Below the pieces are notes generated by a model. It was given only the letters and a program-made list of their open reading frames with translations. It searched no databases and was not told the origin of the DNA. 64,000 bases of DNA from the NCBI RefSeq assembly GCF_022539665.2, contig NC_081333.1, positions 4,588,001 through 4,652,000 on the forward strand, written 5' to 3'. Below are positions 1-13,875 of the stretch, piece after piece. This stretch comes from Daphnia carinata. Taxonomy: Eukaryota. Within the stretch, counting starts at the first letter, position 1; the number at the start of each line of letters is the position of its first letter. The position numbers and the translations under genes are program-made.

Positions 1-2687
1 TCCTGCTGTTCCGGCTGCCAACGCCTATATACCATCAACTCCTACCGCTTGTATAATACTCGCCTGTAGCTTATAAACGAACTGTGCAACTCTCGTTCTC
101 TCTCTCACACACACACACACAGATCCGTAAGGCTTTTTATTTTTTTTTATTCTCTGTGGTACTTCCAGAGTACCATGGGCGTTGCTTGTTATTAATGGAC
201 ACTTGCCCCGTCGGGCATCCATACACGCAAAGCTGTATCCGGTGAAGGGTAAACGATTTAATGGTAACAGAGTTGTCTCACTTTTCTTCACCAGTTTGTC
301 CTATATTAAAAGCCAAAAATTTCCGAAAACAAACAACTAAATTTTTTTTTTTTTTTTAGACATCACCGCTATTTGTAATAATGAACTCGCCCGGCACTTT
401 TATAGTACCCCTCACAAATGCTTCGTAACGATTTTAGGGTCTTTGTGCAACACCGTTTACACACTTGTGATTAGGGTAGCATTATAGTATTTCGTCTATA
501 CGTGGCAAAAGCAAAATGTCAACTGAATGACTGCAAAGCTGTACAAATGCATAAATACGCAAATAGTAGACTATGCAATGATCCCTTAAGGAAAATAGGA
601 AAAGTGTACCGAAAAATGGAATTCTTTCTTTTTCATTTCAGGATGTTAACCTTGCAATAGTGGCATTATGTAGCCAGTTTCCGTTAAAAACGTTTGTAGG
701 TTCGAAATCAGTCGTCAATGGGGCGGCCTTCGACAGAGGTGGGGATTCCAGTAAAATAGCATGTGCCGTAATAAAAGGAAAAGTAAAATGGCAATTGTTA
801 AGAGCCACGAACGAAAGTCTGCTGTAACACACAAAAAAAAGAAGAGGAGGAGGAAAATAGCGAACAAATAGGAAGGGAACCTTAAACATCTATGACCTAC
901 AAGCTGTATTTGCCCAACCCCTCCCTGATTTGGCTGAACCTAAGTTTTCTCTCCTCTCTTTTTTTCAATTTTGCTAATAATGCCAATGTGTCAAAATGAA
1001 TTTTCAAAAGTAACTAATAATATAGTTACAGATTACAAAAATTTGGGGAGAGCAAAAAAAAAAAAAATCTATCTTGACATCTTTATTCTAAAAAAAAAAA
1101 AATCAATCGCTGCGGTTTTTATCTATTTTCTTGCGGTGCAGTGGGCAGGAAGTCGGGGAGTTGAAAGTGCATTTTTGGCTGAGGTCCCGCCGATCGGGAA
1201 TGGGAGGACTATGGCTATCAGCGGTCACCGCTTGACTGAGCCCGTTACGGATGAATATACACACAGCGGTCATCAGCCTCTTCTTGTATGGCTCCTCCCC
1301 AAAAACATATTCTCGATTACGGTTTTTTTTTTTCCCTTTCACACACACACACACACACATACAGAGATAAGAACACAGATTCAGTTATACCCCTTGTATA
1401 TATGTACACACATTTCCGGATTTAGGCGTCTCCCCTCTTCCCCGACGTAGTGGAGAATAGCTTCTGATTCTTATATCTTGTTCCAATCTCGTCCTGTCCA
1501 CGAAGCTCGCGTTATCCAGCCTTCGATAAAAATATGTTAGATGAAGCAAATCGCAGATATTGGCTATATAAACAGGACCATCATCTCACCCTGTCACCCC
1601 CTGCTCCCCGTATAGAGAAAAAAAAAATAATGATAATGATATACATTGCTTGTTTTCTTTTTACATTTTCACATTGTATTGTATAATTCGGCCAACCATT
1701 CATACTCTGAGAAAGCCAGTGGTTCACTTATGTTTTAGCTTATTTATGGCACACAAAACAGGGTAGGGGATGTACAAATGACTTTAACGTAATTGATTCT
1801 TCACCGTTGTACTATTGTAACATATTATAAATTAAAGCGGACCGAAAAATTGTTCATGCCACATTACACATTTTTTTTATCTTGCAATTTCCGTAACATG
1901 AACCCATACCGTAACGCTATATTAGAACAATTTCCGACTTGTTTTTGCCACAGTACGAAGGGGTTACACACATAAAAGGTTGAAAATAATATTTTATACT
2001 TTACATTTCAGTGTGGTTTCAAGATGGATAGGGGAAAAAAGTTGTTTTTAAAGAAGCTGGAATGTGAAGAAGAAAGTGTTGTTTAAAAGGCGGCGACCAG
2101 ATGTTTAATTAAGTCTTATTTATTCTGAATTTTGTGACGCAAAAAATCAGATATTTCAAGCGTATTTTTTTTTTCATGATCTATTTATTTTAAAAAGTCG
2201 TGGAAAATTATTCTAATTTCCTACCTACATTAAATTTGTAAACAATTTACTTTAGGATAAGTAGCATGCCTAAAACATTAAGGTTAAAGCATTACAAACG
2301 TTAGAACTTGCGAAACTTAAGTATCAAAAGCTGAGCTCAGTGGCCTGGTTACTGAAAATTCAAGTATCGGGTCGCCGCCATTGATATTTAATTGAGTAAA
2401 GTGCTCAAGGTAACACATCGGTCTATGAATAATAGACGAGTTCAATTTGTGTTCGATAAGGGCGACGGGATTCGTGATAAATAGATGGGATACAAGCTCA
2501 AAAATGATACATGAGATCATATACAAAGTCGTAAGCAACTGCGCTTCTACATGTGGTTTGGGCTGGGAATATTGAGTGCGCACCCAATTAACAAGAAATT
2601 TAAAATATTCGCCTTTAAAGCTAGCAAAACGCAGGTTCAAATTAGCACATGATAAAATGCTTATGAATGAACATCCTGGAGTGTTCG

Positions 2688-4678
2688 TTACCACCACCGA
2701 GACTGTGGTCCAAAACTAAAAGAATGGCTTTGCGTTAGAGGAATAGACCCGGGAATGGTGGAGGGCAAAGAGCCTATAGGCTGCGCCATCGGTGCTGGGC
2801 GTAGGCTTTGGTTCATGGTGGCTAAAGATGGTAGTTGCATGGAAGACGGATCAACGCTGTTGGCTCCTATCCCATTCATGCTGAATGCGTTGACCATGTT
2901 TGGTGCATTCCTATTAAAAGACATGGCGTTCATGCAAGCAGCCGCTGCTGCTGCCGAATTAGTCAGTGAAAATTCGTGAGCTTGGACGTTGTTGAGGGAT
3001 TTGTCAGGCCCCGGGATGTTACTGGCACTGGATGCGCCATTAGTCAAACCTCCAATCATACAAGTTCTCCCATCTCTCACAAGGACCGGGACGGCCACTC
3101 TCCGGGCAGAAGGTAACGGCTGTTGAAGATCTTGAACGTTTTTCTCGTGTCGGGCTCGTTTCGTCTTGTATCGGTGATTTTGGAACCAGATCTTGACTTG
3201 AGTCGGCGTTAAGCGGATGATGCTGGCTAAATGCTCTCGTTCGGGTGCGGACAAGTAGCGTTGCTGGCGGAAACGACGCTCTAGTTCGTAGGTTTGAGCT
3301 TTGGAGAATAATACACGTCTTTTGCGTTTTTTGCTCATACCTTGTCCGTCTTCAGCATTCGTTCTCTCCAGACGGGAATGGGACGGCTCTTTCCGTTTCG
3401 CCCCGTGAGCGAGCTCGTCATCTTCGTCGTCATCGCTGTCGCTTAGTCCTTCATCCTGCATCCTGGAATCATCGCGCATATCACCGCTGCTTCCACTAGC
3501 ATTGAAAACGTCCAGGTCACTACTGTCGTCCAGGATGCCGTTGTTACAGTCAGTGCTATCGGGACAAGCGTCATCCTGACGCGAACGGGACTGTTGGCTA
3601 TCGGCTTTGAAGTTGGCATTAGCTTCTTGAATGGGCGTAGAACAAGTTGTGTCGGGACTGAGAGGCGTCACGTTGATGGTAGCCCTCGCTTTGGCCGTTC
3701 GCGCTTCCCACCGAGAACTGGCCTCCAACGAAGACATAGCAAAGTTTTCGGCCGCCTGTTGACGCTGGGAATGGGCGAACAACCCGAGTTGTCCCAAGCC
3801 TTTAGTTTGAAATAAAATCGAAACCTTATTAATTTCTTTGCTTCGTATAGCCTGTTATATTCTCTCATTTTCGCGAAATATCTCGAGCGTTTTGATTGAA
3901 TCAACGTTAAACGAAAAGTGAAACTACGGGAAGTTTACTCGTAAAACTGCTGGACATTTCGACAGTTCAACTGCAATTAAGAAGCTCGCTATTTAAGAAA
4001 CGTTAAGATAAACCTACGAATGAATGAATGATAGATCCCTCCTAAAGAAAAAATAAATTACAAATAAAAGTTGCAAAAAAATGTTAACTTACTTAAGTGC
4101 CGATTCGGCGTGGTTATCGCTGACGTAGGCCATCGGGCTAAACTATAGAGTAGATCCGACGGATAACCAACTGGGTATTCGATAGTCGGATGCCGTGGGA
4201 ATGAGCCGTTATAAGGTCCGTGAAGGCTCTCTCCGAGCATTTGGAAAGTAGGTGAGAACAAACTGCTCGTCAAAAGCCCTTCTGCCAAAAAAAAAGAAGG
4301 AATAGGTTTATAGATTTATGACTTAAGCAACGTCATGATTGCTGCATTCTGAAGGTGGGCTTGCAACCATCGTTGGAAACTTGAACGGAAGCTACGACTG
4401 CTAACCCTCTGCGCGTAAACAACTTGAACTGATGTCTTACTTTGCTCCCCCGCTATATGAGATCGGGCATTGAAATGCTTTTCTAGTTGTGTGTGTATAG
4501 CTATACAGAAATTTTAAAACCATTCGGAAACAAGGTGTGACTTACCAGTTCCAGTAGAAGGTGAAATCTTGTCTTTTGAGCAGCTGGTCGTTTTGACGTT
4601 TGGTAGATCTAAGATGTCTTTTACTGTGAAACCCGATGGCTTTGTTCCTCCACCGACGCTCGTTTTCACGTCCGTCAT
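2688..4678 (-). CDS. vnd: NK2.2/vnd homeobox transcription factor; exons 4546-4678, 4093-4281, 2688-3799
   Basis: Exon 1 [25 protein letters not shown] holds the TN/eh1 motif. Homeodomain [58 protein letters not shown] is NK2.2-type (Tyr54). NK2-[14 protein letters not shown] and a WW C-terminus follow. Two GT-AG phase-1 introns join the exons in frame. Confidence 0.95.
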
Positions 4679-7600
4679 TCTACACAGAATTTTTTATTAT
4701 TACATCGCATTAAATTTCCATCTCCATACAGGCAGAGTTGATATGAACTCACTATCACTCGATCAAAGTATGACAAATTTGTAACCTCTGAATACAAGAT
4801 TTGATTTTAACTAATCTACTTTTATGGAAGAGTTGCGACTCTGTTTAAAGAAAAGATGATCGTCCGTGTAAAATGCTTACTTTTGATTTTCCTCACTCTT
4901 TGACAGTGAGATCGAATCGGCTAGGGAGGTTATCATGATTTGAACGAGCACATTTAAGTCACTGTAACACACTGATCACAATCACTTTGTTCTTTATTTG
5001 AAATCACTGCGAAAGATTATAGTTTCAGTAGAGTAATGTCGATCACTGTTTCACAATTCGACTCCACTGTTCCAACAAAGTGCAAGATGGGGCAACTTCC
5101 TTTCACTTGTGGTGAGTGTGCCAACAAAAAAAAAATGTTCTCAAGAAGCAAGATTGAAGAGGAAGCTTGTCCTTCTGTTGTGTTGAAATGAGAGGAATTT
5201 CACTCAGGGTAAGTGTCGAGGACTGGCGCGTGCGTCTCGTTTCCACCGGCATCGGATACCAAAAGAGAATCACGTAGTGTTTGGCACTCGTGTGAAGTGG
5301 AAACTCAAGGGACTCGACGCGCTCGAGAAAGGGCGGGGTCATCCCAAAAAAAGGGGCTGGACTCTACATTGAAGGCCTACAGCGATTGCTTGCCTCTTTC
5401 TTAATAGAAAGAAACATTGAATAGCTTAAGATATTTATAACGCTTATCCTTGTAATAGCATCTAATTGTAAATCATTTTAACTCTAAACGTAAATTTCAA
5501 CTCGAGTCTTTTAATGCCAACTTTTTGCGATAAAACATTTTGTATTGCTGCGAAAACACAATGTGGACGTGCTTTTCTAGCTCTTATAATTTTGTCTTTT
5601 GTCTTCTGTTATCTTATAAAGCGGTTCGAACAAAGTGATGCCTCTAACTTGTTCGAAGTCTTCGTGAATAAATTGCGCAAGGGTTTCAAGTGATCACGCG
5701 CCACATTGGTCGGTACTCCTCAGCCGGGGAGGGCATAAACCGCTGAATACCCGCAACAAAGGAGGAGCTTGTTTCGAGCGAAAGCCACTGGAAACGACAA
5801 ACCTCCACGATACTCTATCGATTAAACGAGGCCTCTTTTTAAAGTTTCAAATGCGGCCGTACAGCAGATAGCTTTCAGCCTGATGCTATACTAGAGAAGG
5901 TACCATCTATACTCGTGGTCCGTATAGCTTTATCAAGTGAGTTACTGTGCTTAGGTCATTCCTATGTTTAAATAATCAGAAACCGTCTACTGTAGGTCAA
6001 CATGCGAACTAAAAATAAACGTTTCAGATGGAAACGTGTAAGCATGTACACTATAACTGTTTATCAGCTAGGACAATAGCTTGGACGCAGAAAAAATTAT
6101 GTAAAAACAAACAGCTAACTCTAAATAACAAAGTAGTTTCAGTTGGTTAAAATGATTGCCTTTTTTCTATTTATACGCAATATACGAGTATACTTTTAGT
6201 GTACAAGCATTTAGTTTTTAGGGGCATTTCGTTGTCTAAGCTGGATTATATTGCACAAGACAGAGCAAACCGACTCAGGGAATGATCTCTGGAGATCCTC
6301 TAGTCGTCAACTTATTTCCGTTCTCGCATGAAGATTCCCTTTCTTTTAGATATTTACCTAGCCTATGTAGGCTACTTTTCTCTCTGGTAAGGTGTTTATC
6401 AAAGTAGCCGTTTTGGCTTGTCTAACAGCACTGAAGAGCCAAAAAGCCTTTAAAAATATTTGGAGGCACGTTTTCCATATTATCGTTTTTTTGACAACGA
6501 AGGGGATAACCTTAATAAATGTTTTTAGCTTTTCAACGTCTTTCACTGACGGTGAGAGTTCGGAAAGATGGCTATCCGCAGCCCTTGGTGTCACCTATTA
6601 GCTATCAACTCGTACCGGCTGCACGCTTATAAGCAATAATTTATTTAAATCACTTGCTGCTTGGCAAACTATTAAGTAAATTATAAAAGAAAACTTAAGT
6701 TTGTACAGGAGAGCTATTTTTGGAAAATAGACTTAAAGCTGCAAGATCAAATTCTTAAGCAAAGTGAACCGTATAAGATGATGGACAAACATGACTGACC
6801 CTGGACATAAATGGCCTCTTTCTATTATTACGTGAATCAATAAAACTGAAAATCTTAAAACTATCTTGATTGGTGAAGCTGTGTAACCAAGTCTATGTGT
6901 AAAAACACACGCACATTCGCACCTAAAAAAAATGTACATTAAGCTTTTGTACTCCATTTTCAGATTTTTGAAAATTGGTCAGCAAAATAAATTTTGGCTG
7001 ATATGGACACTTTTAATGCTAATAATTATGAACGAGACTAATGCGTTAGATTAATATGCATGGTATGGATAGCTTTTGTTGTTCTGGAACAGACAGTCAA
7101 CTAGTAGCCATATGAAGGTGGGAGCTATGGTGTGGTGATCGTAAAATAATACAAGAACTAGACCCACTGGGTGTGGAAAATTAGGAAGCAGGCATTACAG
7201 GTTATGATGAATAATATCAATTCCAATAAATTTGACCAAAAGAAAGAAAGGTTGATTTGATATCAATGCAGACGTCGAAGTTTTACCGGAAGTCGGTTTC
7301 CCCCCTTTTATTGTGTTTTCCCTCCATTTCATTTGAGCCTATTTACATCGTTTACTGAATATTGACCCTCATGTATCGTAGCAACGATTTTTAAAGGTGA
7401 CAAGGCTGTCAAACCAGACCCCCGCTGTTGTGTGTACGAGACCAACTGTGTTCGGTCGGTGAGCTTTTATACGAGTTCAAGCGAGTAGAAAATGGATTTA
7501 GCACTTGGGCGCTATTTGGGCTATAAGAGAGAAGAGAGGTTTATTCGACGACTGAACCTCTTAACTATAAGCGTATACGCTTTCAGGTTTGAAGCCTCTT

Positions 7601-10303
7601 CCTCACCTTCCACACTGAAAAAAAAAATCTCTCGTCCTCAAGCTAGTCGATACATAGGGGTGATATGGCTCATGTACAGGCCGCCTATGCATTATCCGGT
7701 TTCTGCCTCCTCGGGTCACCCTCTTTTTTTTTCGGCATTGTACTTTCAATAGCAATGCGACAAGGGCGTGTTGAATGGTTTATATTAGTCTATTTAGATT
7801 TCCTTATGCGTGGCGTAGCGTATGTATTTCATGTATCTATGTGTATACAAGCAATGCACGCTTACCCTTTTTTTGTTTTGGCACTAATATTTCAACAATT
7901 AAATGCAAAAAATTTCAAGACATCCACTTAATACTTTCTTTAAACATTTTGCCATTATCATTATCTTTGCGGTGTTCTCAGAATTTACATCAAAATTTTA
8001 GGTTAGGCTATATTCGTTTACTTATATGATGTGGTATATAAGGCGTATAAAATGTACCATTTCAAAGCAAAACACGAAAGATAACTTTTGGGCAGCCGAG
8101 GGGGGAAGCCAATAGAAAATGACTGAAAAGCCTTCATCCGTAGATATATTTGGAATCGAATGGATCAAAAAGATTTATGGAAACGGCAAACGAATATTGT
8201 TTTCAGGCGTTAAAATGTCAAGAAGAATTCTCCATCGACGGCGCACCCCACATTGTCATCTTTGTTGATCGAACAATATGCCGGAAGTTCCCACTTTAAC
8301 AATTCCGAGTCAATTCGCACCCTAGGTGGTCCCCCACCTTAGCCTATCCATTTTTAGTGCAAGGGATACAAGGAAACCATCGGATTTGAACGGAACGCCT
8401 AGAAAACCCACACATTCTACTTAAACATTTTTGCAACTGCTTTTCACATTTTGAGTACAGTGCAGTTTACAATTTAAAATTTAAAAAATGAGTTACTGAG
8501 CTACGGTTTCCGAAATACCATGGTCTTCCTACACGTATATATAATATTGATTACAGATAAATAAATTTATTTCGTAAAAATAAATGGCTGAGAATGGAAT
8601 TATTTAAATGAAATCGAGGTATAACATATTAATAGCTATCGGTGTTATTGTAGCGGGATCTTATCACGAATGGGCTATTCAGTAAACAGTCTGTTTGAAG
8701 GGTATATATGTACAATTTTACAGGGTATCTGCTATTAATAAAACAGCTTACGGATCAGTCAGTTTTGACGGCTCGAACCAACAAAAGCGGTTAAGTTGGA
8801 AAGTTCTACTGCGACCGAGGTGAAGCGATGCACTAGGGAGATAGTGTCTTCTGTGTTGGTTCTAATGCCTCGATGCAAAGTAGCTTGACGTGTCAAGGAA
8901 AACAATCTTGAAACGTCGTCTTCAGCCTAAAAGGTTCTTATATATCTGTTTTCTTAGATAACCATGTTTTTCCCCCTTCTTTGTTCGTTTGATATGTCTG
9001 ACCAGCACGAGATGATAACATGGCATAATCATCCGTGTTCCTAGGACTTGTATACCAGTGTTATGTATGTTTAGCAACGGAAATGACTTTACAGAAGAGA
9101 TTTCTGTTTTTACTTCACTTTCTCCTGGAAATATGTTTATTAATCTCCTGCTTCAGCTTTCCCTATTTCAGTTCTCAACAGGACTTGATCTAACATGTCT
9201 ATTTTCCCGACATCTCTAGTTTCTCCGGGGCATAACTGACTAGTGCATGTAACCTAATGCCAACACTACACAGGCAAAATAGGGTAAACCATGTTCTGTG
9301 TCGGTCATCTATCAACGATCGGCCGCAGTTGCCTCTAACTGAGGTCCCTTCCCTGCCCCGAAAAAAGCCATTCGATTCAACCCGGATTGGATTCGGGGTG
9401 AAAAATTTTCCCCCCATTTTTTGGTATTGCGATAAGTAGTTGATGGTTGTGCGAGATATTTATGGCCGTATTGCTGTATATAACCAGTATTCGAAAGGAT
9501 TCGAATACAACAGGCACGAAGTGCGGTCACAGTGTTAGAGGCATGACCGTGTGCTTGGTTCGTGGTTTGGAGTTCAGAGTGATATGGTGCATGGTGCATG
9601 CTAACGTCTATCACTCGAACCACTGCACCAACCCGAGAAAAGGGTATACTTACCTCACCGTACTTACCCTTGCGTTTGTCCGGCTCTCCATCATCCTCGC
9701 GATGAACCATTTTTCATCAGGTGACCCCCGCGTTGCATCCCACGGCGGTAGAAAATAGATAAAGAAAACATATTTTTACCGAGAGAATAGCGTACCTCAA
9801 ATTGGAAAAAGGTAATATTTACCTTCAAGCTGTGTCCCCTTCACCTGTTTCCATATCTGCATCACAGCGGCTCTTCTGTAGTAGGAGTCACTCCTACATT
9901 AAAGGAAACTGCGTCTTGAAGTTATGTTTGGTTAGTTATGCTAGCCACCACTAGATTGCGTTGATAAGCTGAGCGTGAGCGCTGATGGTTAGCACATTTG
10001 GCGCAAGATTTTTTAAAATTTTCTTATTTCATTATTCTGCGAAAACAGTTTATTTAAGTACTTCTTCTATTACCAACTACTATTACTAACTTGCGCAGTA
10101 CTAGAGCATTCTGCCTCTGCTCTAGTGGCATCAAGCCAGCAATCGACACGCTTTCTACTAGTAAACATTTCGGGAAAAAAGATGGGTTAGCCCAGTTGCG
10201 TACAAAAGAATCGAGTTGGTAAATTCCCCATCGAGAAACACGATTAAACTGGTAGCTCAGTAGTTGTATTAATTGCAAATACAACATTTGATAATGAAAC
10301 GCT

Positions 10304-12188
10304 TTACTTGAAAATTTTGCCTTGGTTAAAGGGACGGCCATTTTTATCGGTGCCCGTCCACGAGAAGTATTGTGCCACCAACGCTTTAGTTTCCTCTGAA
10401 TCAGGGTCCAGTTTCTTCCAGTCATAGGTTTCATAGTCAATTTGCCAATCCGGGCTCAACTGCATATGATGAAAAGAAATAAAAATGTTAAAACACATCC
10501 AATCCTTAGCCAACAAAAAAGCCTTAGAATAGATAATTCTTTTACTTTCCCTCTATTTGTTACACGAAATGTTTATAAAAAACATTCGTGTCTTTGAAAG
10601 AGGTTGACATACGTAATGAATTTTACCTGAAATGCTAAATCTTGTCCACGCCAGACCCAGACTCCCGAGATAGTACTGTCGTTGTCGGCCCCGAACAGGC
10701 ACATGGATGCAAAGCATTGCTTCCTCATTTTGTCCAACCTTTGATACATGCCTATTAAAGAAAAACTATTCATGTAAATTCTCAATCAGAGAAATTATCT
10801 TTGACTAACCGCCAATCAAATTTGAGGACATGAAGACTTTGGTAAGTTCTTCAGAGTATTTGTACTCCCCAAACCAAATAGAATAATTCTCTTTGTCAAA
10901 CTTTTCCCAGAAGTAAGGGATTGATTTGGTTTCTTCATTGTTTGAATAAAAGCGCTTGAAATCATCCATATTGAAAGTCCCTTTGGGCATTTCATCAAAA
11001 GGATCTTTGGATTTTGGTTCCTCAAGCAAAGCTGCTTCAGCAGCATCAAGTTCTTCTGGTTCCTCTTCCGCCTTCTTTGGCTTTGGTTTTTCCTCTTTCT
11101 TTTCTTTCTTCTTCTCTTCCTTTACAGCTTTCTTTTCTTCTTTCTTGGATGACCCACCCATTTTGCCTATTACATTGAATTGGCATAACATCTCATATTT
11201 ATGCATTTATGTACATTTCCTTACTTTGGAACTCAGCAAACTTCTTGGGATCCACCTGGCATTCTTTCTGGCACATCTTAAAGTCTCCAAGAACAGCCTT
11301 GAACTGGGGTTGGTTGACACAGGTAACAAACCATCTGTTTAAATTTTGGTATGGTTTCCTGTTGGTTTCATCACAAATGTTCTCATAAAGGTGAAGAAGA
11401 TTGCAGGCAACAACAATGTCTGCAAGGGTTATTTTCTCTCCAACCAAAAACGTGCGGGTTAGAAGATGATTGTTAACAACAGAAAGGATGGTGTTCAACT
11501 CCTGCTTGGCATGATCAACAGCCTAGGAAAAAAGTTTAAAAAGTTTAAAATGTTAAAACTATGAAAAATATGTTTAAAATTTTCAAAACCTACCTGTTTG
11601 TTATATTGAATTATTCCAAGTACTGGAAAAACAATTGTACAGGACAATGGAAGAATTTCACCATCAGCAAATGACATCCACTGAAGGATATGGGCCTTCT
11701 CTACATCACTGTTTCCACGAAGTTGCTGGTTGGCAACTAAATTACAAGACAGAAAAATACTGACATTGCCAGAAAACTAACGGCAACTCGAATTACCGAA
11801 ATAAGCGATTGCGTTGCTTTCAGCAATGCATTGCCCATCTTGGGATTCAAACGCTGGCACCTAGGACAAATACATTACAGAAACATTAACAAAAGTAATT
11901 AAATTTAAAGAACTTACTTTCCCCAATGGAAATTTCTTGAGAAAGGATTCGCTCTTGTTGGTCTCTCCAAAAACAAAATTGGAAGCGACGTTGATTTTAA
12001 AACCGGAGTACTGAGCCGCAATAAGAGCCTTGCTGGCCCTAAAATTGCTTGGATAGGTGTACAAAGTCTAATAATTAACAAAGTAACAATGAAGTTTTGC
12101 AAAAAATAGCCAATCATTGAAAAATATACTCGGATGTTTAAGAATTTTTTAGATTAAATCAGAGAGTTATGCTCACCCCAGAAGCCAT
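10304..12188 (-). CDS. eEF1G: Elongation factor 1-gamma; exons 12177-12188, 11918-12067, 11797-11860, 11594-11736, 11225-11522, 10810-11166, 10627-10751, 10304-10459
   Basis: GST-like N-terminus [26 protein letters not shown]...KFPLGKVPAFE, Lys/Glu-rich linker, C-terminal domain [23 protein letters not shown]...[10 protein letters not shown]...FNQGKIFK. All introns GT-AG and frame-consistent. AATAAA on the minus strand at 10049-10054. Confidence 0.97.
10483..10606 (-). ncRNA. Candidate intronic box H/ACA snoRNA in the last EF1-gamma intron
   Basis: 167-nt intron versus ~55-70 nt for most others. Hairpin 1 has lower stem CCTCT/AGAGG, upper stem ACACGAATGTTT/AAACATTTCGTGT and an internal pocket. 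H box AAAGTA (10543-10548), a weaker hairpin 2, then ACA plus 3 nt (10483-10488). Confidence 0.7.
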
Positions 12189-12219
12189 GACGTTGAAGTG
12201 CACTATTGCGAGCTTGACG

Positions 12220-12240
12220 TGGAAAGAAGAAGACGAGGTA
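12220..12240 (-). promoter_or_regulatory. Polypyrimidine (TCT/5'TOP-like) initiator region of EF1-gamma
   Basis: Minus strand CCTCGTCTTCTTCTTTCC ~35-50 nt upstream of the ATG, typical of translation-apparatus genes. Confidence 0.5.
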
Positions 12241-12324
12241 AGGCTGGTGTTCAAACCTGTAAGGCTTCTTTTGTTCGTTGGAAGTAATACGGGCAAGAAA
12301 ATAAACCTGAACTTCTGGTTGATG

Positions 12325-12875
12325 ACTATTAAGGATCGGCCCCGATTTGCTATAATCGGGTAATCCAATTTGGCCAACAATGCCCGATCTGTTAAGATTT
12401 GTTTCGACTACTTGTTCAACTGTTTTGTTTTGACCATCTGTCCGATTATCGCGCATACCTATGGGAAAAATCATTGAAGAATATAACATTTTCGCTTTTA
12501 ATTATTTTAATTTTACAGAAGTATGATAGTGTCGAATGCATATTTATATGGAGTTAACTTTAGTAGCAGGTTTCAAGCCGTTCTTACCAGTTTACACTGG
12601 CAGAATCAACTGAATCGATAGGCGTTAAAAGCAGGGCATTGGATTTGATATTCTTGGTTGAATTTGACAAACCAAAATCGTTTCAGCAATTTTGAAATTC
12701 AAATCAAATAGTTTCGTTAAAAAACCCAAAATTTCAATCCTCCAACCAAACAAATTTCAAATTCATATCAAATGTTGTTCAAAATAATTTTTTTAAATGT
12801 CCCGCCTGCACCGAAAGGCTTTTATTGGGGCGCAGCAAGAACCCCGATTACAGCTAATCGGGGCCGCTCGCTAGT
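12325..12875. mobile_element. Two outward-facing Helitron-like 3' termini (12325-12360 minus, 12842-12875 plus)
   Basis: CCCCGATTA-CAGC-TAATCGGGG hairpin, 7 nt, then CTAG|T. A related copy on the minus strand reads CCCGATTATAGCAAATCGGGG...ATAG|T. Confidence 0.5.
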
Positions 12876-13150
12876 CACTTCTAACAGTTTTTTTGGCCAT
12901 GATTTTTTATTTGAAATAGATTTTATTTCTACGCAAATTTTGACCAAATCCACATCAAAACATGGTCGTTTTTTAATTAAAAAATTCAATCAAAATGTTT
13001 AAAATTTCCTAGATTTGATTTGGATTAGATTTGATCTGTCAAATCCAATATTTTGGTTCGACTTGGGGTGCTTTTCGCGCCGACCATGGCCTACTATAAT
13101 AACGGATAGTCAACGCGCAATCCCTCCTGCGCCTAAAACTAAATTACAAG

Positions 13151-13374
13151 AGGATCGTAATACCCCAAACCGAATCCCACTTTCCACAGCCTCTTTTCAC
13201 CCATTCCAATTTTCACGATATTGGCAATACCTGCCCTCTGGGGAAGAGGAACTACCGTTGTAGTAAATATAGCAAAACTCCACTTTCCACTGCTTCTTTC
13301 CGCTCATTTCAATTCTGTATTAGTTACCAAACAAGGGAAAGTGGAATTTGGTTTGGGTATTAGCCTACGACCCT
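13151..13374. mobile_element. MITE-like element with ~40-bp imperfect terminal inverted repeats
   Basis: AGGATCGTAATACCCCAAACCGAATCCCACTTTCC versus the reverse complement of the right end AGGGTCGTAGGCTAATACCCAAACCAAATTCCACTTTCC. No clear TSD. Confidence 0.55.
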
Positions 13375-13875
13375 AAATTTTTTCTTTGTTCAGTTACATA
13401 CATTTCGATCGATATGCTTTAATTCAATTCGTTGAAACTAAATTATACTTTCCAGTCGTTTTCGTATCCAAATCGTAAAGCGCGTATTGTTTTCCAGCTA
13501 AACCGGTTTTAATCGATTACCGTATTAGTTCATTTCATGTGTTTATCGTACATAAAAAACGACTGACGCTTTCTTTCCTGTTCGAATGCCAATAAAAAAT
13601 ATTTAATTTGAATTACATTTGTTATTCATTGGATTTATTAAAATTGTTTGCATGCAGTTAACAGCAGTTAGGAAGCATTGAATCGAATTCACGATATGGT
13701 TTATTAACTAGTTAACCACAAGTTAACCGGTTAAGCGATTATGATGCACACCTTTAGAACACATTTTGGGATCAAAAGAAGAATAAAACACAGACAAAGA
13801 AAGAGTGGAATTTTCTGTGAAAAAGTATTCTAGTTGTCCCAATAATCGTGACTAGCTTTCGCTAATAGATCAGAA

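Noticed and set aside
2317..2697. 126-aa ORF directly after the vnd stop codon
   Set aside because: Lies in the presumed 3' UTR, in a different frame, with no recognisable motif.
2238..5700. Fox (GTAAACA) and NK2 (CAAGTG) sites suggesting vnd-fkh cross-regulation
   Set aside because: Six- to seven-base words at about chance frequency.
9199..9758. Cluster of overlapping ORFs between vnd and EF1-gamma
   Set aside because: No recognisable protein or splice structure; more likely regulatory sequence.
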